Shown: positions 17,752-29,513, numbered from the stretch's first letter. The stretch is DNA of 55,272 bases from Deltaproteobacteria bacterium (GCA_046583355.1 JAYGCM010000047.1:1-55272); one strand, 5' to 3'. Numbers and translations are program-made. Notes: generated by a model from the sequence alone, not told the origin.

Positions 17752-18492
17752 TCAGTCGAGGAAGCCAGGCTCTTCGGCGAGCACCTGCTGGTAGATCCCC
17801 TCAAAACTGAAGACGCCGGCCAACTCGCTGCCGATTTGCCCGCGGGTGAGGCGTGCGACCTCGGGACGAATCATCAGCGGCTTACCCGCGGCCTCGGCGA
17901 GCAGCTGCGACTCGCAGGTGCGCTCCATGAGAAGGTACCAGAAGACGGCCGACGCGACGTGCCCGCCAACCGTGAGCAGCCCGTGATTTTGCAGGATGAC
18001 GGCCTTCTTGTCGCCAAGCAATTCGCCGATGCGATCACCCTCGTCGGTATCGAGCACGACACCCGTGAAGTCATCAAAGAGTGCGTGATCCTCAAAGAAG
18101 GCACAGGAGTCCTGGCTGATCGGATCGAGCAGACGACCCAGCGCCGACCAACTCTTGCCGTGCATCGAATGTGAATGCGCGGCGGCGTTCACATCCGGGC
18201 GGGCCGCGTGGATACGCGAGTGGATCGCGAACGCGGCCTGGTTCAGAAGCCCGGTGCCTTCGACGATTTCGCCGGCGTGGTCGACGCGAATCAGGTCCGA
18301 GATGCGCATCTGTGAGAAATGCACGCCGAAGGGGTTCACCCAGAAGGTCGTCGGGTCGACCGGGTCACGGACGGTGATATGCCCGGCGGCGCCTTCATCG
18401 TAACCGCGTCGCGCAAAGATCCGAAAAGCGCCCGCAAGGCGCTGCTTCTCATGGACCTGTTGCTCTTCTTTGGTCATATCAGACGACATCAT
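17752..18492 (-). CDS. Class II aldolase/adducin family protein
   Basis: GHITVRDP, FWVNP, IHSRIH..AAHSHS, ILQNHGLLTVG. Confidence 0.92.
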   Translation of the reverse strand: MMSSDMTKEEQQVHEKQRLAGAFRIFARRGYDEGAAGHITVRDPVDPTTFWVNPFGVHFSQMRISDLIRVDHAGEIVEGTGLLNQAAFAIHSRIHAARPDVNAAAHSHSMHGKSWSALGRLLDPISQDSCAFFEDHALFDDFTGVVLDTDEGDRIGELLGDKKAVILQNHGLLTVGGHVASAVFWYLLMERTCESQLLAEAAGKPLMIRPEVARLTRGQIGSELAGVFSFEGIYQQVLAEEPGFLD

Positions 18493-18677
18493 CGGAATTC
18501 CTACTGCTGCTGCCATGGCCTAGCTATAGCAGCTCCGCCCCCGCATTTCGCATGCTGCGGTGGCGGTTCGTCAGAGGAACGTGCGCACGAGAACCAGGCG
18601 CCGGCATGCCGAACGTCGCAATAGAGGGTGCCGGCGCGGCCTTTGGTGCGGCGGGCCAAACGCGTTAAGTCACCCCA

Positions 18678-20129
18678 ATGTCCTGGGAAAATCGGCTCGA
18701 TTCTTTGTTCGGAACCTTCAACCAAGTGATGGAGCCGATTCTCTTCGCGGATTTCGGCCTTGGCATGCCGCTGATCCTCCTCGTGCTGACCAGCGGCGGC
18801 GCTTGGTTCACGCTGCGCTACGGCTTCGTTCATATCCGCCTCTTCAAACATAGTATCGATTGCATCCGCGGACGCTTCGACGACCCCCGCGATGCCGGCG
18901 AGATCAGCCATTTCCGCGCCCTGACCTCGGCGCTCTCGGCCACCCTGGGCCTGGGCAATATAGCAGGCGTGGCCGTGGCGATTGCCGCCGGCGGACCCGG
19001 CGCGATCTTCTGGATGTGGATCGTCGCCTTCCTCGGCATGAGCCTCAAATTCTCGTCAAGCACGCTGGCGCAGATCTACCGCCACGTCGACGACGACGGC
19101 CACGTGCTCGGCGGACCAATGGTCTACCTGCGCGTCGGCATCCGCGAGCGCTTCCCCAAGCTCGGGTGGCTGGGGACTCTACTCGGCGCGCTCTTTGCCG
19201 TGCTCTGCATCTTCGCGTCTTTCGGCGCCGGCAATCTCTTCCAGGGCAAGATGAGCTTTGAAATCGCCGCCGAGGTGATCCCGCAACTCGGCGCCTCCCC
19301 ATCGGCGCGCTGGATCGTCGGTGCCTTCTACGCGCTGCTGGTCGGCTCGGTCATCATCGGCGGCATCCGGCGCATCGGTGAAGTCACCGCGCGCCTGGTG
19401 CCCGCCATGTGCATCTCCTACGGCTGCGTCTGCCTCGTCATCGTCGGGCTGCACCTCTCCGAGGTGCCCGCCTTGCTCGTGCAGATCGTCTCCCAGGCGC
19501 TGTCGCCGGATGCCATCTACGGCGGCTTCCTCGGCGTGCTGATCCAAGGCGTGCGCCGCGCCGCGTTCTCCAACGAGGCCGGCATGGGCTCGGCCGCCAT
19601 CGCCCACGCCGCCGCCCGCACCGACGAGCCCATCCGCGAAGGCGTGGTCGCGATGATCGGCCCCTTCATCGACACCATGGTCGTCTGTACGCTCACCGCT
19701 CTGGCGATCTTGCTCAGCGGCGTCGCCGACCCCGGCCACGCCATGAACTGGACCGAAGGTGCCGTGCTGACCGCGCGCGCCTTCGGCACCCTGCACCAAT
19801 CGGCCGAGTACCTGCTGGTGCTCGCCGTCTTCGTCTTCGCCTACTCGACCATGGTCTCGTGGAGCTATTACGGCGAGCGCGCCACCGAGTTTCTCTTCGG
19901 CAAACGCGGCATCCTGCCCTACCGCATCGCCTACGTCGGCTTCGCCGCCATCGGCCCGGTGATCAGCGTGACCAATGTGCTTGACTTCTCCGACTATATG
20001 CTTCTCGCAATGGCCTTCCCGAATCTCCTCGGCATGCTGCTGCTGGGTGGCCTGGTCAATGAGAAGAAAAACGACTATATCGCACGCCTGAAGTCCGGCG
20101 CTATGCGGCCCGCTGCGCCGATCGACTGA
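18678..20129 (+). CDS. Alanine/glycine:cation symporter (AGCS family)
   Basis: GLGNIAGVA..GGPGAIFWMW, GGPMVY, FSNEAGMGSA, FIDT, MAFPNL. Confidence 0.95.
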   Translation: MSWENRLDSLFGTFNQVMEPILFADFGLGMPLILLVLTSGGAWFTLRYGFVHIRLFKHSIDCIRGRFDDPRDAGEISHFRALTSALSATLGLGNIAGVAVAIAAGGPGAIFWMWIVAFLGMSLKFSSSTLAQIYRHVDDDGHVLGGPMVYLRVGIRERFPKLGWLGTLLGALFAVLCIFASFGAGNLFQGKMSFEIAAEVIPQLGASPSARWIVGAFYALLVGSVIIGGIRRIGEVTARLVPAMCISYGCVCLVIVGLHLSEVPALLVQIVSQALSPDAIYGGFLGVLIQGVRRAAFSNEAGMGSAAIAHAAARTDEPIREGVVAMIGPFIDTMVVCTLTALAILLSGVADPGHAMNWTEGAVLTARAFGTLHQSAEYLLVLAVFVFAYSTMVSWSYYGERATEFLFGKRGILPYRIAYVGFAAIGPVISVTNVLDFSDYMLLAMAFPNLLGMLLLGGLVNEKKNDYIARLKSGAMRPAAPID

Positions 20130-20280
20130 GGCAAGGGCGGGCGCACAGACGAAAGGAACAACGAGTCATACCGTGCGTGGTGCAAATCCACTACTGAGGC
20201 GGACAACTGTTGTCCGGGCAAGCGGTGCCACCCGAGAATTCGACGTCCCGCTGACGATATTTGGGCCTCATATCTGTTTC

Positions 20281-21045
20281 TGACAAGTGATCTGTCCGCT
20301 TTTTCTCAAGCCGCTTTAGCTGTTTTTGCCGTGTTTCGCCTTGGGTTTCTCTGGGTCTTCGGTTTCCTTTTGCTTGAGAGAGGTTCGCCGCCAGCGCTGT
20401 AGTGGCCCACTCGAAGTGGGCCGAGCCAGACGGTGACCGTCCCGTCGGTATGTTCGCGTACGAGCACCTTGGCTCCGGCGCAGCTGCGACGTCCTGGCTG
20501 TTTCTCGATCTGCAGGCTCCGCCGCTTCCAAGTCGCGAGGTTGTCGCGAGTCACCTTGCGCGACTCTTCGGTGCAGAGGATCTGATTCAGGTCCACGTTG
20601 TCGCAGGTCACAAACCCAGTCTCGGACCCCGTGGCCTCGCGTCGAAAGTTGGTGTTGTGTCGAGGCAGGTAGACCTCGTGAATATAGCGATTGGCCAGCC
20701 CCGTCTGCTGCAGGGCCGTCTTCACGAAAGTGTAGGAGAGCTCCACGCCATGCTCGCGCCGCGCAATCTCGTGAAAGTGACGCACGCTGAACTTCGCGTA
20801 CTTCTCCCGGTACAGCCGCAGAATTCGCTCCACCTCGACTAGCGGCGCTCGGCGTGTCGAGGGACTCTGGCGTCTCCGGCCCCACAAACCGTCGTAGCCA
20901 TACTTCTTGTAGCGCCACTTCCAGCGCCGCATTGTTCGGTCCCAATCCACACACCGGATGGGTGCGACGGCTGCCTCAAGCCACGATTCGAGTCGCTCGC
21001 TACGCCGCCGGACGGGCTGAACCGGCAACTCGACTTGGCCGCTAA
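20281..21045 (-). mobile_element. Decayed ISNCY (IS1202-like) element; transposase internally deleted
   Basis: Frame 20306-~20945 joins the HTH part (RTMRRWKWRY..GYDGL..FSVRHFHE..SYTFVKTALQQTGL) directly to the C-terminal part (ANRYIHEVYLP..RKVTRDN..KVLVREH). Degenerate inverted ends: TGACAAGTGATCTGTCCGCTT (20281) and AACCGGCAACTCGACTTGGCC (21020). Confidence 0.75.
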
Positions 21046-21069
21046 ACCGGTGGGTAAAAGAAGGGCTCG

Positions 21070-23181
21070 TCAGTTCAATGCCGGGCACAGCAAGGGACCT
21101 GCCGTTCGCTTGGCTGCGCTGAAGCGGCCCGGTTGGTCGTATTTCGCTGACGAGGGAGGGCTGCCTCCGGTGCGCGCGGCCGCATCGCTGCAATAGAGCC
21201 AGCCGTTCTGGCCCAGGGTGAGCCGCAGGCCCACTGAACCCTGAATTGACTCGTCGAGCGTATACTCGAACGCCGAGTTCCCGGCCTTCACCTTGACCTG
21301 GTCCTTCTTCACCAGAACCAACGAGACTGCCGACGCAGGGTCACTCGAGCGCCATTTCCACCCCTTCGGTTTCGACACAGAGCCCAGAGCCGACCATTCG
21401 GACCCGGGCGGAAGGTCGATGATGGTCGTCTCCCCGCTTCCCGCCGTATTGATGACCGCCAGCGTCGCACCGTGAATCGTCGGGTCGCCATCACTGCCCC
21501 GCGCCGGCGGCACCACTCGTGCCGATGCAGCAGACCTTCGCGTGCTGGATGTGAACTTCAGGCTTCGGCGCCGCAGCGTGATGGGCGGTAGAACATCGTC
21601 GCGCATCTCAAGCTTGGTCGTCTCAATCCCAACAGGCCGCGGCACATTGCAGTCGGGATAGGTGAAATGTGTCGTTCCGAGGCTGAAGGTGCTGTTCGGA
21701 TCTTCGATATCGTCGACAAAGACCGGCGCGTATTCGATATGTGGCGTCGGATCGTCAAGCGTCCGGTTGGAAAGTGCATTCATATAGCGTAGCTGCGAGT
21801 ACGCGCTCGGCGCCGATGCCCCGAAGGGTCTCTGGATTTCCATCAACATAGTCGCCCGGTCGGGGGTATGTTCGCGCCGAAGCTCCCCTCCGTTTTGCCG
21901 AAAGAAAAGCCATGTACCGTAGGGATAAGTATCGGGAACCTGGGCGAGGCCCTGGAAGTAACGATGCACGGTACGACAAAAACCCAATACCGTCTCGGGG
22001 TCGTCTCCGTAGAGCACATGGATGCCGACGTAATCTTCCTTGTTGCCCATCGGCATATACCGGATATCGCGGCCGGGATAGCGCTGCACTCGATAGTGGT
22101 CGAGCAGGTCGAATACGTCGTCGCATTGGTCGCCCGCCGCCGGCACATGGTCGCCACCGGCCACCTCACACGGGCGACGGCCTTGATAACTGCTCCAGCG
22201 CTGCTCGATATCCGCGACAAGCCCCGGCACCTCAACCAAGCCGCCCGACTCCTCCGAGTACCACCGTGCGATCGGACTCCCGGCCATCGGGGCAAGCGTG
22301 AGACGAGTCTGCGGCTGATCGTCCAGAAAATCGGCAAAGCGCCAGAATTGGTACCAGGCGCCGAAGCCACCGGCGGAGCCCCCGGTCACAAGAAACTCCG
22401 CGGTCTCGAAGAAGTTCGGATCCAGATTGGACGCGTTCTCCGCGGCCCACTGCACAGCAAGCGCAATATTATGATCGCCCCGATGCGTTACATGGACCAG
22501 TAACTGGTCCACCTGGAACGAACCCGGTGATCCGCTGACGGCGGAAATCTCAAGGCCGGGATATTCTGCCTCAAGCTCCGCCACCGTACTGCCGCTGTTC
22601 AGCCGACCCTCGACCTCGGCGACTAGTACGTTTTGCGGATCATAAGCCGACACGTTCGTCATGTCGTAGGTCTGGGCATCGAGGCGACGCCCCGTGTGCA
22701 TATCCTGCGTGCAATAGGGCAGGACCAACCAATGACCGGGTCCGATATACCCATCGTTGTCCGGATGGTCGATGAACATGCGCTCGACCAAGTCCGTCTG
22801 TGCGTCAACCGTCAGGCGGCTGGTGTGGTGGCTGAGGCTCCGGATCGAGGTCTGAATACTCTCCGATGGGCAGGGGTTGGCATCCTCCGTGCACTTCGTC
22901 GCTCCGCCGCCACCGAAATAAACCGTCACACGACGCTCGGATAAGTCCAGCGCCGGCGAGAAAAAAACCGCGTAAGGCGTGCCATTTCCACAGGTCGCCC
23001 CGGGGATCTCGATACGGGTCAAGGTCCTGCCACCCCAGCCACCAAGCGGCCACGCCGCCTCGGATACCGCTGGCATCAGAAGAAACAGGACGAGAAAGAG
23101 ACCACGAGGAGTCCACGCGGCAGAAGGTCCCGCACGCCGAATCGCCGATGCCTCCCGCCTGTATTCCTTGCGCCTCGACAA
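21070..23181 (-). CDS. Secreted pectinacetylesterase-family (Notum-like) esterase with C-terminal accessory domain
   Basis: ATCGNGTP, YFGGGG, LPYCTQDMHTG, TGGSAGGFG. Hydrophobic leader GLFLVLFLLMPAVSEA; start uncertain (23076-23240). Confidence 0.75.
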   Translation of the reverse strand: MSRRKEYRREASAIRRAGPSAAWTPRGLFLVLFLLMPAVSEAAWPLGGWGGRTLTRIEIPGATCGNGTPYAVFFSPALDLSERRVTVYFGGGGATKCTEDANPCPSESIQTSIRSLSHHTSRLTVDAQTDLVERMFIDHPDNDGYIGPGHWLVLPYCTQDMHTGRRLDAQTYDMTNVSAYDPQNVLVAEVEGRLNSGSTVAELEAEYPGLEISAVSGSPGSFQVDQLLVHVTHRGDHNIALAVQWAAENASNLDPNFFETAEFLVTGGSAGGFGAWYQFWRFADFLDDQPQTRLTLAPMAGSPIARWYSEESGGLVEVPGLVADIEQRWSSYQGRRPCEVAGGDHVPAAGDQCDDVFDLLDHYRVQRYPGRDIRYMPMGNKEDYVGIHVLYGDDPETVLGFCRTVHRYFQGLAQVPDTYPYGTWLFFRQNGGELRREHTPDRATMLMEIQRPFGASAPSAYSQLRYMNALSNRTLDDPTPHIEYAPVFVDDIEDPNSTFSLGTTHFTYPDCNVPRPVGIETTKLEMRDDVLPPITLRRRSLKFTSSTRRSAASARVVPPARGSDGDPTIHGATLAVINTAGSGETTIIDLPPGSEWSALGSVSKPKGWKWRSSDPASAVSLVLVKKDQVKVKAGNSAFEYTLDESIQGSVGLRLTLGQNGWLYCSDAAARTGGSPPSSAKYDQPGRFSAAKRTAGPLLCPALN

Positions 23182-23372
23182 ACGGATGCCTCGGCGTTCG
23201 GTCGTACAGAACCTTCTGCCGCGCAGCCTCCTAGCCACCATATCCAAGGATTGAATCATCAATATACGAGATGCGATAGACACGAATTTAGTAAAGCCGC
23301 GCAGCAGAACACGACGCATGGCTGGCATACTCGCAGGAACCCATGACGGCCTGAGCGTCGGCCCGCCGCCCG

Positions 23373-24077
23373 TCAGCGGCGCTGGCCCATGATCCGCAGC
23401 AGCATCAGGAAGAGGTTGATGAAGTCGAGATAAAGCGAGAGCGCGCCGCGCACGGCCTCCTTGGTGTCCTCTTCGGTGCCCTCGTTGCCGAGGATGTTCA
23501 TCTCTTTGATCTTTTGTGTGTCGTAGGCGGTCAGGCCGACGAAGATCAGCACGCCGGCGTAGGTCACAAGCCAATAGAGCATCGTGCTCTGCATGAACAT
23601 ATTGACCACCGAGGCGATGATGATGCCCATCAACCCCATGGTGAGGAAGCTGCCCATCGAGGTGAGGTCGCGCTTGGTCGTGTAGCCGTAGAAGCTCATC
23701 GCGCCGAAGGTGCCGGCGGTGACGAAAAACGTCGAGGTCAGCGACGCGGTCGTATAGGCAAGAAAAACAAAAGAGAGAGTGACGCCGGTGAGCGCCGAGT
23801 AGGCGAGAAAGACCGCCTGGGCCTGCATCGCGCTCATCTGCATGACGCGCGTGGCCAGCCAGAAGACAAGGCCCAATTGGGCGATGATCAGCGGGAAAAG
23901 TATCCAGGGGTTGGCGACGACTGCCACCAGCTCCGGTGTGGTCGCAACGGAGTACGCAACAAAACCCGTCACAGCCAGGCCCAGCGTCATCCAATTATAG
24001 ACACGCACCATGAAACGCTGCTGCTCGGCTGCGATCGTGCTCTCGGAATAATGAGTTGAAGTTGAAATCGAGTCCAT
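23373..24077 (-). CDS. Bax inhibitor-1/YccA family membrane protein
   Basis: FMVRVYNWM, YGYTTKRDL, LTAYDTQKIK, GALSLYLDFINLF. Confidence 0.95.
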   Translation of the reverse strand: MDSISTSTHYSESTIAAEQQRFMVRVYNWMTLGLAVTGFVAYSVATTPELVAVVANPWILFPLIIAQLGLVFWLATRVMQMSAMQAQAVFLAYSALTGVTLSFVFLAYTTASLTSTFFVTAGTFGAMSFYGYTTKRDLTSMGSFLTMGLMGIIIASVVNMFMQSTMLYWLVTYAGVLIFVGLTAYDTQKIKEMNILGNEGTEEDTKEAVRGALSLYLDFINLFLMLLRIMGQRR

Positions 24078-24092
24078 AGTTTTTCCGTTCTA

Positions 24093-24497
24093 TCAGAGGG
24101 CGCCGAGGAGAAAGGGCAGCGCGGCCATGCCGGCGCCTACCAGGACGCTCAGGGTAGCAAGTGTTGCCTCTTCGGCCTTCTCCAGGAAGGGGCGCTCTTC
24201 GGGCGGCAGGAGGCCCGATTCCGGTTGACCCCGATCGTCCCAGATCGGGTCGCCGTGCAGGCGGATCAGGCGTTCTTCGGGTGATTGCTCACCACCGGCC
24301 GCGAGCCAGCCTACGCTGGGTGCGGGCTCGGCGAGAAAATCGTCCAGGCCGGAGCCACCAGCGAAACCGCTGGTGAAGAATGGATCGTCGAAGGGATCGC
24401 TGGAACGCTTTCCCGATTGCGCACTGCACGCAACGAGAAACGCGGCACCGAAGATCAGCACCAGCAGCGCCGCGACCGGCTTGAGCGATTGCTCCAT
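24093..24497 (-). CDS. Hypothetical lipoprotein with C-terminal hydrophobic helix
   Basis: Lipobox FLVAC; C-terminal TLSVLVGAGMAALPFLLGAL. Confidence 0.6.
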   Translation of the reverse strand: MEQSLKPVAALLVLIFGAAFLVACSAQSGKRSSDPFDDPFFTSGFAGGSGLDDFLAEPAPSVGWLAAGGEQSPEERLIRLHGDPIWDDRGQPESGLLPPEERPFLEKAEEATLATLSVLVGAGMAALPFLLGAL

Positions 24498-24545
24498 CTC
24501 CCCACGCCTACCAGCCGCGCCACCACGACGAAACTACACCAATAA

Positions 24546-27356
24546 CTACAGCAGAGGCCGCAGATACTCTCCGGTATACGAGGCGGGATTGGCGGCGATC
24601 TCCTCGGGGGTGCCGCAGGCGATGATCTCGCCACCGCCGTCGCCGCCTTCGGGGCCGAGGTCGATCAGGTAGTCGGCCGTTTTGATGACATCGAGGTTAT
24701 GCTCGATCACAACGACCGTATTGCCGCCGTCGACCAGAGCATGCAGCACCTCCAATAGGCGGCGGATATCTTCGAAATGCATGCCGGTGGTCGGCTCGTC
24801 CAGGATATAAAGCGTGCGGCCGGTGGCGCGGCGCGAGAGCTCCTTGGAGAGCTTGATGCGCTGCGCCTCGCCGCCCGAGAGCGTGGTCGCACTCTGGCCG
24901 AGGTGGATATAGTCCAGCCCGACCTGATGCAGCGTCTCCAGCCTGCTGCGGCAGGCGGGCACGGCGTGGAGGAATTCAAGCGCTTCTTCGACTGTCATCT
25001 CGAGTACGTCGGCGATCGATTTGCCTTTGTAGAGGACCTCGAGCGTCTCGCGGTTGTAGCGTCGGCCCCCGCAGACCTCGCACATGACATAAACATCGGG
25101 CAGGAAATGCATCTCGATCTTGATCAGGCCGTCGCCCGCACATGCCTCGCAGCGACCGCCCTTCACGTTGAAGGAGAACCGGCCCGGCTCGTAGCCGCGC
25201 AGGCGGGCTCCGGGGAGTTGGGCGAAGAGTTCGCGGATCGGCGCGAAGAGTCCGGTATAGGTCGCCGGGTTCGAGCGCGGTGTCCGGCCGATCGGGGCTT
25301 GGTCGATATCGACTACCTTGTCGAGAAGCTGGTGGCCCTCGATCGAATCATGCTCGCCGACCACCGCCTTGCTTTTATAGAGCCTTCGCGAGAGCGACGC
25401 CCAAAGGGTGTCGATGACCAGCGAAGATTTCCCCGAGCCCGAGACGCCAGTCACACAAGTCAGGGTACCGAGCGGAATCGACACATCGACGTTTCGCAGG
25501 TTGTTCTGCCGCGCGCCTTTGATGTCGAGCGAGAAACCCGTGCCCTTGCGCCGGGTGGCCGGCAACGGCACCTCGCGCTCGCCGCGCATATAGGCGCCGG
25601 TGAGGCTTTCCTTATTCGCTGCGACCTCGGCCGGCGTACCTTGTGCCACCACACGCCCACCCAGGCGGCCGGCACCGGGGCCCATATCGATCAGATGGTC
25701 CGCGGCATTCATGGTATCGCGATCATGCTCGACGACAATTACGGAATTTCCAAGATCGCGCAGCCGCTCCAGCGTAACGAGGAGGCGGGCATTATCGCGC
25801 TGGTGCAGCCCGATCGAGGGCTCATCCAGGACATAGAGCACGCCGACCAAAGAGGAGCCGATCTGGGTTGCCAGGCGAATGCGCTGGCCCTCGCCGCCCG
25901 AGAGCGTACCCGCGCTGCGGTCGAGGCTCAGATAGGTAAGGCCGACATCGCAGAGAAAACCCAGTCGCTCGCGGATCTCTTTCAAAATCAAGCGCGCGAT
26001 TTTCATCTGATAATCGTTGAGTTCGATGGTCTCGAAGAACGCCAGCGCGTTGCGGATGGAGAGCGAAGTGACCTCGGCAATCGAGCGGTCGGCGAGCTTC
26101 ACGAAAAGCACATGCGGCTTGAGGCGCGCCCCCGCGCAGGCGCCGCAGGGGCGCTCGCGGCGGTAGCTGCCCAACTCGTCGCGGCGCAGATTCGACTCGG
26201 TCTGCTTGTAGAGGCGGTCGAGGTTCTTCAGCACGCCCTCGAAGGCACGCTTGGTTTTGCGCCGCGCGTAGATGACCTCGATCTCGTCTTTCCCCGTGCC
26301 GTTGAGAATCGCATCCTTGACCTTGGCGCTGAGTTTCTCCCAGGGCTTGTCGAGTGAGAATTTGAGGTGCTTGGCAAGGCCCGCAAGCAACGCCTTATAA
26401 GTCTCCGCCTTGCGGCCCCAGGGGGCGATCGCGCCGCCGCCAAGCGAGAGTGACTCATCGGGCACCACGCGCTCGGCATCAAATACCCATTCGACGCCCA
26501 GGCCGGAGCATTCCTCGCAGGCACCATGCGGGCTATTGAAGGAAAACGAGCGCGGCTCGATCTCCGGGTAAGAGATCCCGCAATCGGCGCAGGCGAGCTT
26601 CTGGGAGAAAATATGCGCCTCAAGCGGGGCATCCTTATCGGCCTGCCGCTCGATGGTCACGACCTCATGGCCGTAGCCCAGCGCCGTCGCCAGGGAGTCG
26701 GCCAGGCGCTGCGCGATGCCGCGCTTCACCACCAGCCTATCCACCACCACATCAATCGTATGCTTATGAGTTTTCTTGAGGACGATATCCTCGCCAAGGT
26801 CGCGCATCTCGCCGTCCACCCGTACGCGCGCGAAACCCGCTTTGCGCAGGTCGGTGAATTCCTTGCGGTACTCGCCCTTGCGGTCGCGTACCAGCGGCGC
26901 GAGAATATGAATCCGCGTGCCCTTATCCCAGGAGAGTACCTGGTCGACGATCTGCTGGATGGTCTGCGAAGAGATGGGCTTGCCGCAGCCATGGCAATGC
27001 GGGATGCCCGCCCGGGCAAAGAGCAGGCGCAGATAATCGTAGATCTCGGTCACCGTGCCGACGGTCGAGCGCGGGTTGCGCGAGGTCGTCTTCTGCTCAA
27101 TCGAGATCGCCGGCGAGAGGCCGTCGATCGAGTCGACATCGGGCTTCTGCATCTGCTCGAGGAATTGCCGCGCGTAGGCCGAGAGCGACTCGACATAGCG
27201 GCGCTGGCCTTCGGCGTAGATCGTGTCGAAGGCGAGCGAGGATTTACCCGAACCCGATAGGCCCGTCACGACCACCAATTTGTCGCGCGGAATCTTCAGG
27301 TCGATACCGACAAGATTATGCTCGCGCGCACCCCGAATGACGATCTCGTCGGCCAT
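24546..27356 (-). CDS. uvrA: Excinuclease ABC subunit A
   Basis: [23 protein letters not shown], zinc fingers, second ABC domain [16 protein letters not shown]. Confidence 0.98.
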   Translation of the reverse strand: MADEIVIRGAREHNLVGIDLKIPRDKLVVVTGLSGSGKSSLAFDTIYAEGQRRYVESLSAYARQFLEQMQKPDVDSIDGLSPAISIEQKTTSRNPRSTVGTVTEIYDYLRLLFARAGIPHCHGCGKPISSQTIQQIVDQVLSWDKGTRIHILAPLVRDRKGEYRKEFTDLRKAGFARVRVDGEMRDLGEDIVLKKTHKHTIDVVVDRLVVKRGIAQRLADSLATALGYGHEVVTIERQADKDAPLEAHIFSQKLACADCGISYPEIEPRSFSFNSPHGACEECSGLGVEWVFDAERVVPDESLSLGGGAIAPWGRKAETYKALLAGLAKHLKFSLDKPWEKLSAKVKDAILNGTGKDEIEVIYARRKTKRAFEGVLKNLDRLYKQTESNLRRDELGSYRRERPCGACAGARLKPHVLFVKLADRSIAEVTSLSIRNALAFFETIELNDYQMKIARLILKEIRERLGFLCDVGLTYLSLDRSAGTLSGGEGQRIRLATQIGSSLVGVLYVLDEPSIGLHQRDNARLLVTLERLRDLGNSVIVVEHDRDTMNAADHLIDMGPGAGRLGGRVVAQGTPAEVAANKESLTGAYMRGEREVPLPATRRKGTGFSLDIKGARQNNLRNVDVSIPLGTLTCVTGVSGSGKSSLVIDTLWASLSRRLYKSKAVVGEHDSIEGHQLLDKVVDIDQAPIGRTPRSNPATYTGLFAPIRELFAQLPGARLRGYEPGRFSFNVKGGRCEACAGDGLIKIEMHFLPDVYVMCEVCGGRRYNRETLEVLYKGKSIADVLEMTVEEALEFLHAVPACRSRLETLHQVGLDYIHLGQSATTLSGGEAQRIKLSKELSRRATGRTLYILDEPTTGMHFEDIRRLLEVLHALVDGGNTVVVIEHNLDVIKTADYLIDLGPEGGDGGGEIIACGTPEEIAANPASYTGEYLRPLL

Positions 27357-27437
27357 CCCGCACCCATAGCGGGAAACTCGGGCGCGGTCATTCCGCGTTT
27401 TGCGGGCCACCGGCGGGGCTGGTAGCCAGCCAGTGTC

Positions 27438-29513
27438 GTGCGTCATCCGATCCCAGCTATCCTCACCATGCTCGCCCTTGGCGTTTGTCCCGCGGCAGCC
27501 TCAGGCGCGGCCGGTGCGGCGCCCGCAGCCACCGCCGAGGCGATAGCCGCCGCCAGAGGCGCAGCCATCCGGGACAATATCGAAACAATCGAGGTGCATG
27601 GCCGCCGCGAGATCCGCCTGCCCGACCTCACGGCCTTTGCCTCGGTGATCGAGATCACCACGGAGGTCCAGGAGATGAAGACCCTGGCCGATGTTCTGGA
27701 GGATTCGGTCGGTGTCCAGGTCCGCCGCTACGGGGGCCTCGGCGATTTCTCGACCGTCTCGATCCGCGGCTCTTCGCCCAGCCAGGTGCGCATCTATATA
27801 GACGGCATCCCGCTCACGCGCGCCCGCAGTGAAACCGTGAACCTGGCCGACCTGCCGCTCGACCCTCTTGAGGCCGTCGAGGTCTACCGCGGCACGACGC
27901 CGCTCTCGGTCAGCGCCTCGTCGCTGGGCGGCACCGTGAACCTCATCACCAAAGAGCCCGGCGCACGCACGACCGCCTCGGCATTGGTGGGCGGCGGCTC
28001 CTTCGGCACGCGACGCGCCAACGCGACCGTCGCCGGCAGCTCCGGCGATTGGAGTACGCTGGCAACCGCGTCCTACCTCGGCTCACAGGGCGATTTCACG
28101 TTCCTCGACAATAACGGCACGCCGCTCAACCCCGGAGACGACGAAGTCACGCGGCGCGAGAATAATAATTTCAACTCAGGCGACCTCCTCCTCAAGTCTA
28201 GCTACGACGGCCTCGATATCGGTCGACTCAGCCTGCTCACCGAGCTCTTCGTAAACGAGCAGGGCGTCCCCGGCATCGGCAGCCACCAATCCACCGAGGT
28301 CCGCCTGAGCGACCTGCGCAGCCTGAGCTACCTGCGGCTCGACGCGCCGGATTTTGCCGGGCTCGACATCGACCTGCGCTCGACCGGCTATTTCATCTTC
28401 GAGCGCGAACGCCTCGACGACCCACTGGCCGAGGTTTCCGGGAGCCGACTGGCAACCGACAACCGCACCTTCTCCTCCGGGCTGCAATTCTATGCCACCC
28501 GCCTGCTCGGCACGCACGATGTCGGCGCGCGCCTCGACTTCGCCGGAGAAGCCTTCGTGCCGGAGAACCGACTCTACCCCGACCTCTCGCAACCCAAGCA
28601 GGGACGCTTCAGCACCGATCTGGCGCTCGGCGATACCTTCGGGCTCTTGGAGGATCGCCTGCTGGTCGACGTGCAACTGCGCTACGAGTTCATTCGCAAC
28701 TTCTTCGCAGGCGAACTCCCCGGCTTCGGCCCCTTCTCGGAGACCGACGACGCCGACACCTTCCACCTCTTCACACCGCAACTCGGCGCCATCTTCGAGA
28801 TGAGCCCGCATCTCGATCTGCGCGGCAATATTGGTCGCTACGGTCGCGTACCGAGCTTCCTCGAACTCTTCGGCCAACGCGGCTCGATCGCCGGCAACCC
28901 CTCGTTGCGACCTGAAGAAGGACTCAGCCTCGACGTGGGCTTTGTCTGGGCCATGCGCGACCTGGCCTTCTTCGACCGCATCACCGCCGAGGCGGCTTTC
29001 TTCTATAGCGATATCGACGACCTCATCGTGCTCGTGCGCACCGCACAGGACCGCTCGGTGCCGCAGAATGTCGGGCGCGCCGTGACCCGAGGAGCCGAGT
29101 TGGCCGTGCGCGCCACGCTCGGGGAACACCTCCACCTCACGGCCAATTATACCTGGCAAGACGCACGCGACCGCAGCGGCGCCACCGGCATCGACGGCAA
29201 CCAGTTGCCCGGCCGGCCGCGTGACGACGTATATTTTCGCGCCAGCTACCGACGCGACGGCTGGGAGCCCTTCTACGAACTCAATTTCATTGCGGGCAAC
29301 TACCTGAAGCGCGCCAACCGGCCCGAAGACAAGGTCGACGCCCGTGCGCTGCATTCACTCGGACTCTCATGGACACTGCCCTGGACACCGCTCACGGCTA
29401 CCTTTGAGGTCCGCAACCTGACCGACGATCAAACCGAAGATGTCTCCGGCTTCCCCCTGCCCGGCCGGACGTTTCTTGGCACATTGCATTGGTCATGGGA
29501 GAGTCCCTCATGA
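27438..29513 (+). CDS. TonB-dependent receptor (BtuB-like)
   Basis: Plug [55 protein letters not shown]. Confidence 0.92.
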   Translation: MRHPIPAILTMLALGVCPAAASGAAGAAPAATAEAIAAARGAAIRDNIETIEVHGRREIRLPDLTAFASVIEITTEVQEMKTLADVLEDSVGVQVRRYGGLGDFSTVSIRGSSPSQVRIYIDGIPLTRARSETVNLADLPLDPLEAVEVYRGTTPLSVSASSLGGTVNLITKEPGARTTASALVGGGSFGTRRANATVAGSSGDWSTLATASYLGSQGDFTFLDNNGTPLNPGDDEVTRRENNNFNSGDLLLKSSYDGLDIGRLSLLTELFVNEQGVPGIGSHQSTEVRLSDLRSLSYLRLDAPDFAGLDIDLRSTGYFIFERERLDDPLAEVSGSRLATDNRTFSSGLQFYATRLLGTHDVGARLDFAGEAFVPENRLYPDLSQPKQGRFSTDLALGDTFGLLEDRLLVDVQLRYEFIRNFFAGELPGFGPFSETDDADTFHLFTPQLGAIFEMSPHLDLRGNIGRYGRVPSFLELFGQRGSIAGNPSLRPEEGLSLDVGFVWAMRDLAFFDRITAEAAFFYSDIDDLIVLVRTAQDRSVPQNVGRAVTRGAELAVRATLGEHLHLTANYTWQDARDRSGATGIDGNQLPGRPRDDVYFRASYRRDGWEPFYELNFIAGNYLKRANRPEDKVDARALHSLGLSWTLPWTPLTATFEVRNLTDDQTEDVSGFPLPGRTFLGTLHWSWESPS

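Noticed and set aside
18517..18677. Glycine riboswitch before the alanine/glycine symporter
   Set aside because: Only one GC hairpin (GCGCCGGCA/TGCCGGCGC); the aptamer motifs GGAGA, CCGAAG and CTCTCAGG are absent.
20173..20195. tRNA T-arm-like or group II intron-like GTGCGTGGTGCAAATCCAC
   Set aside because: Only a 4-bp stem; no cloverleaf, CCA end or intron domain V.
23182..23994. N-terminal 270 aa of the 974-aa track ORF
   Set aside because: It is an alternative-frame read-through across the Bax inhibitor-1 gene; the real esterase starts at about 23076-23240.
27357..27437. LexA box or cobalamin riboswitch between uvrA and the TonB receptor
   Set aside because: No recognisable SOS palindrome, and 81 bp is too short for a B12 riboswitch.
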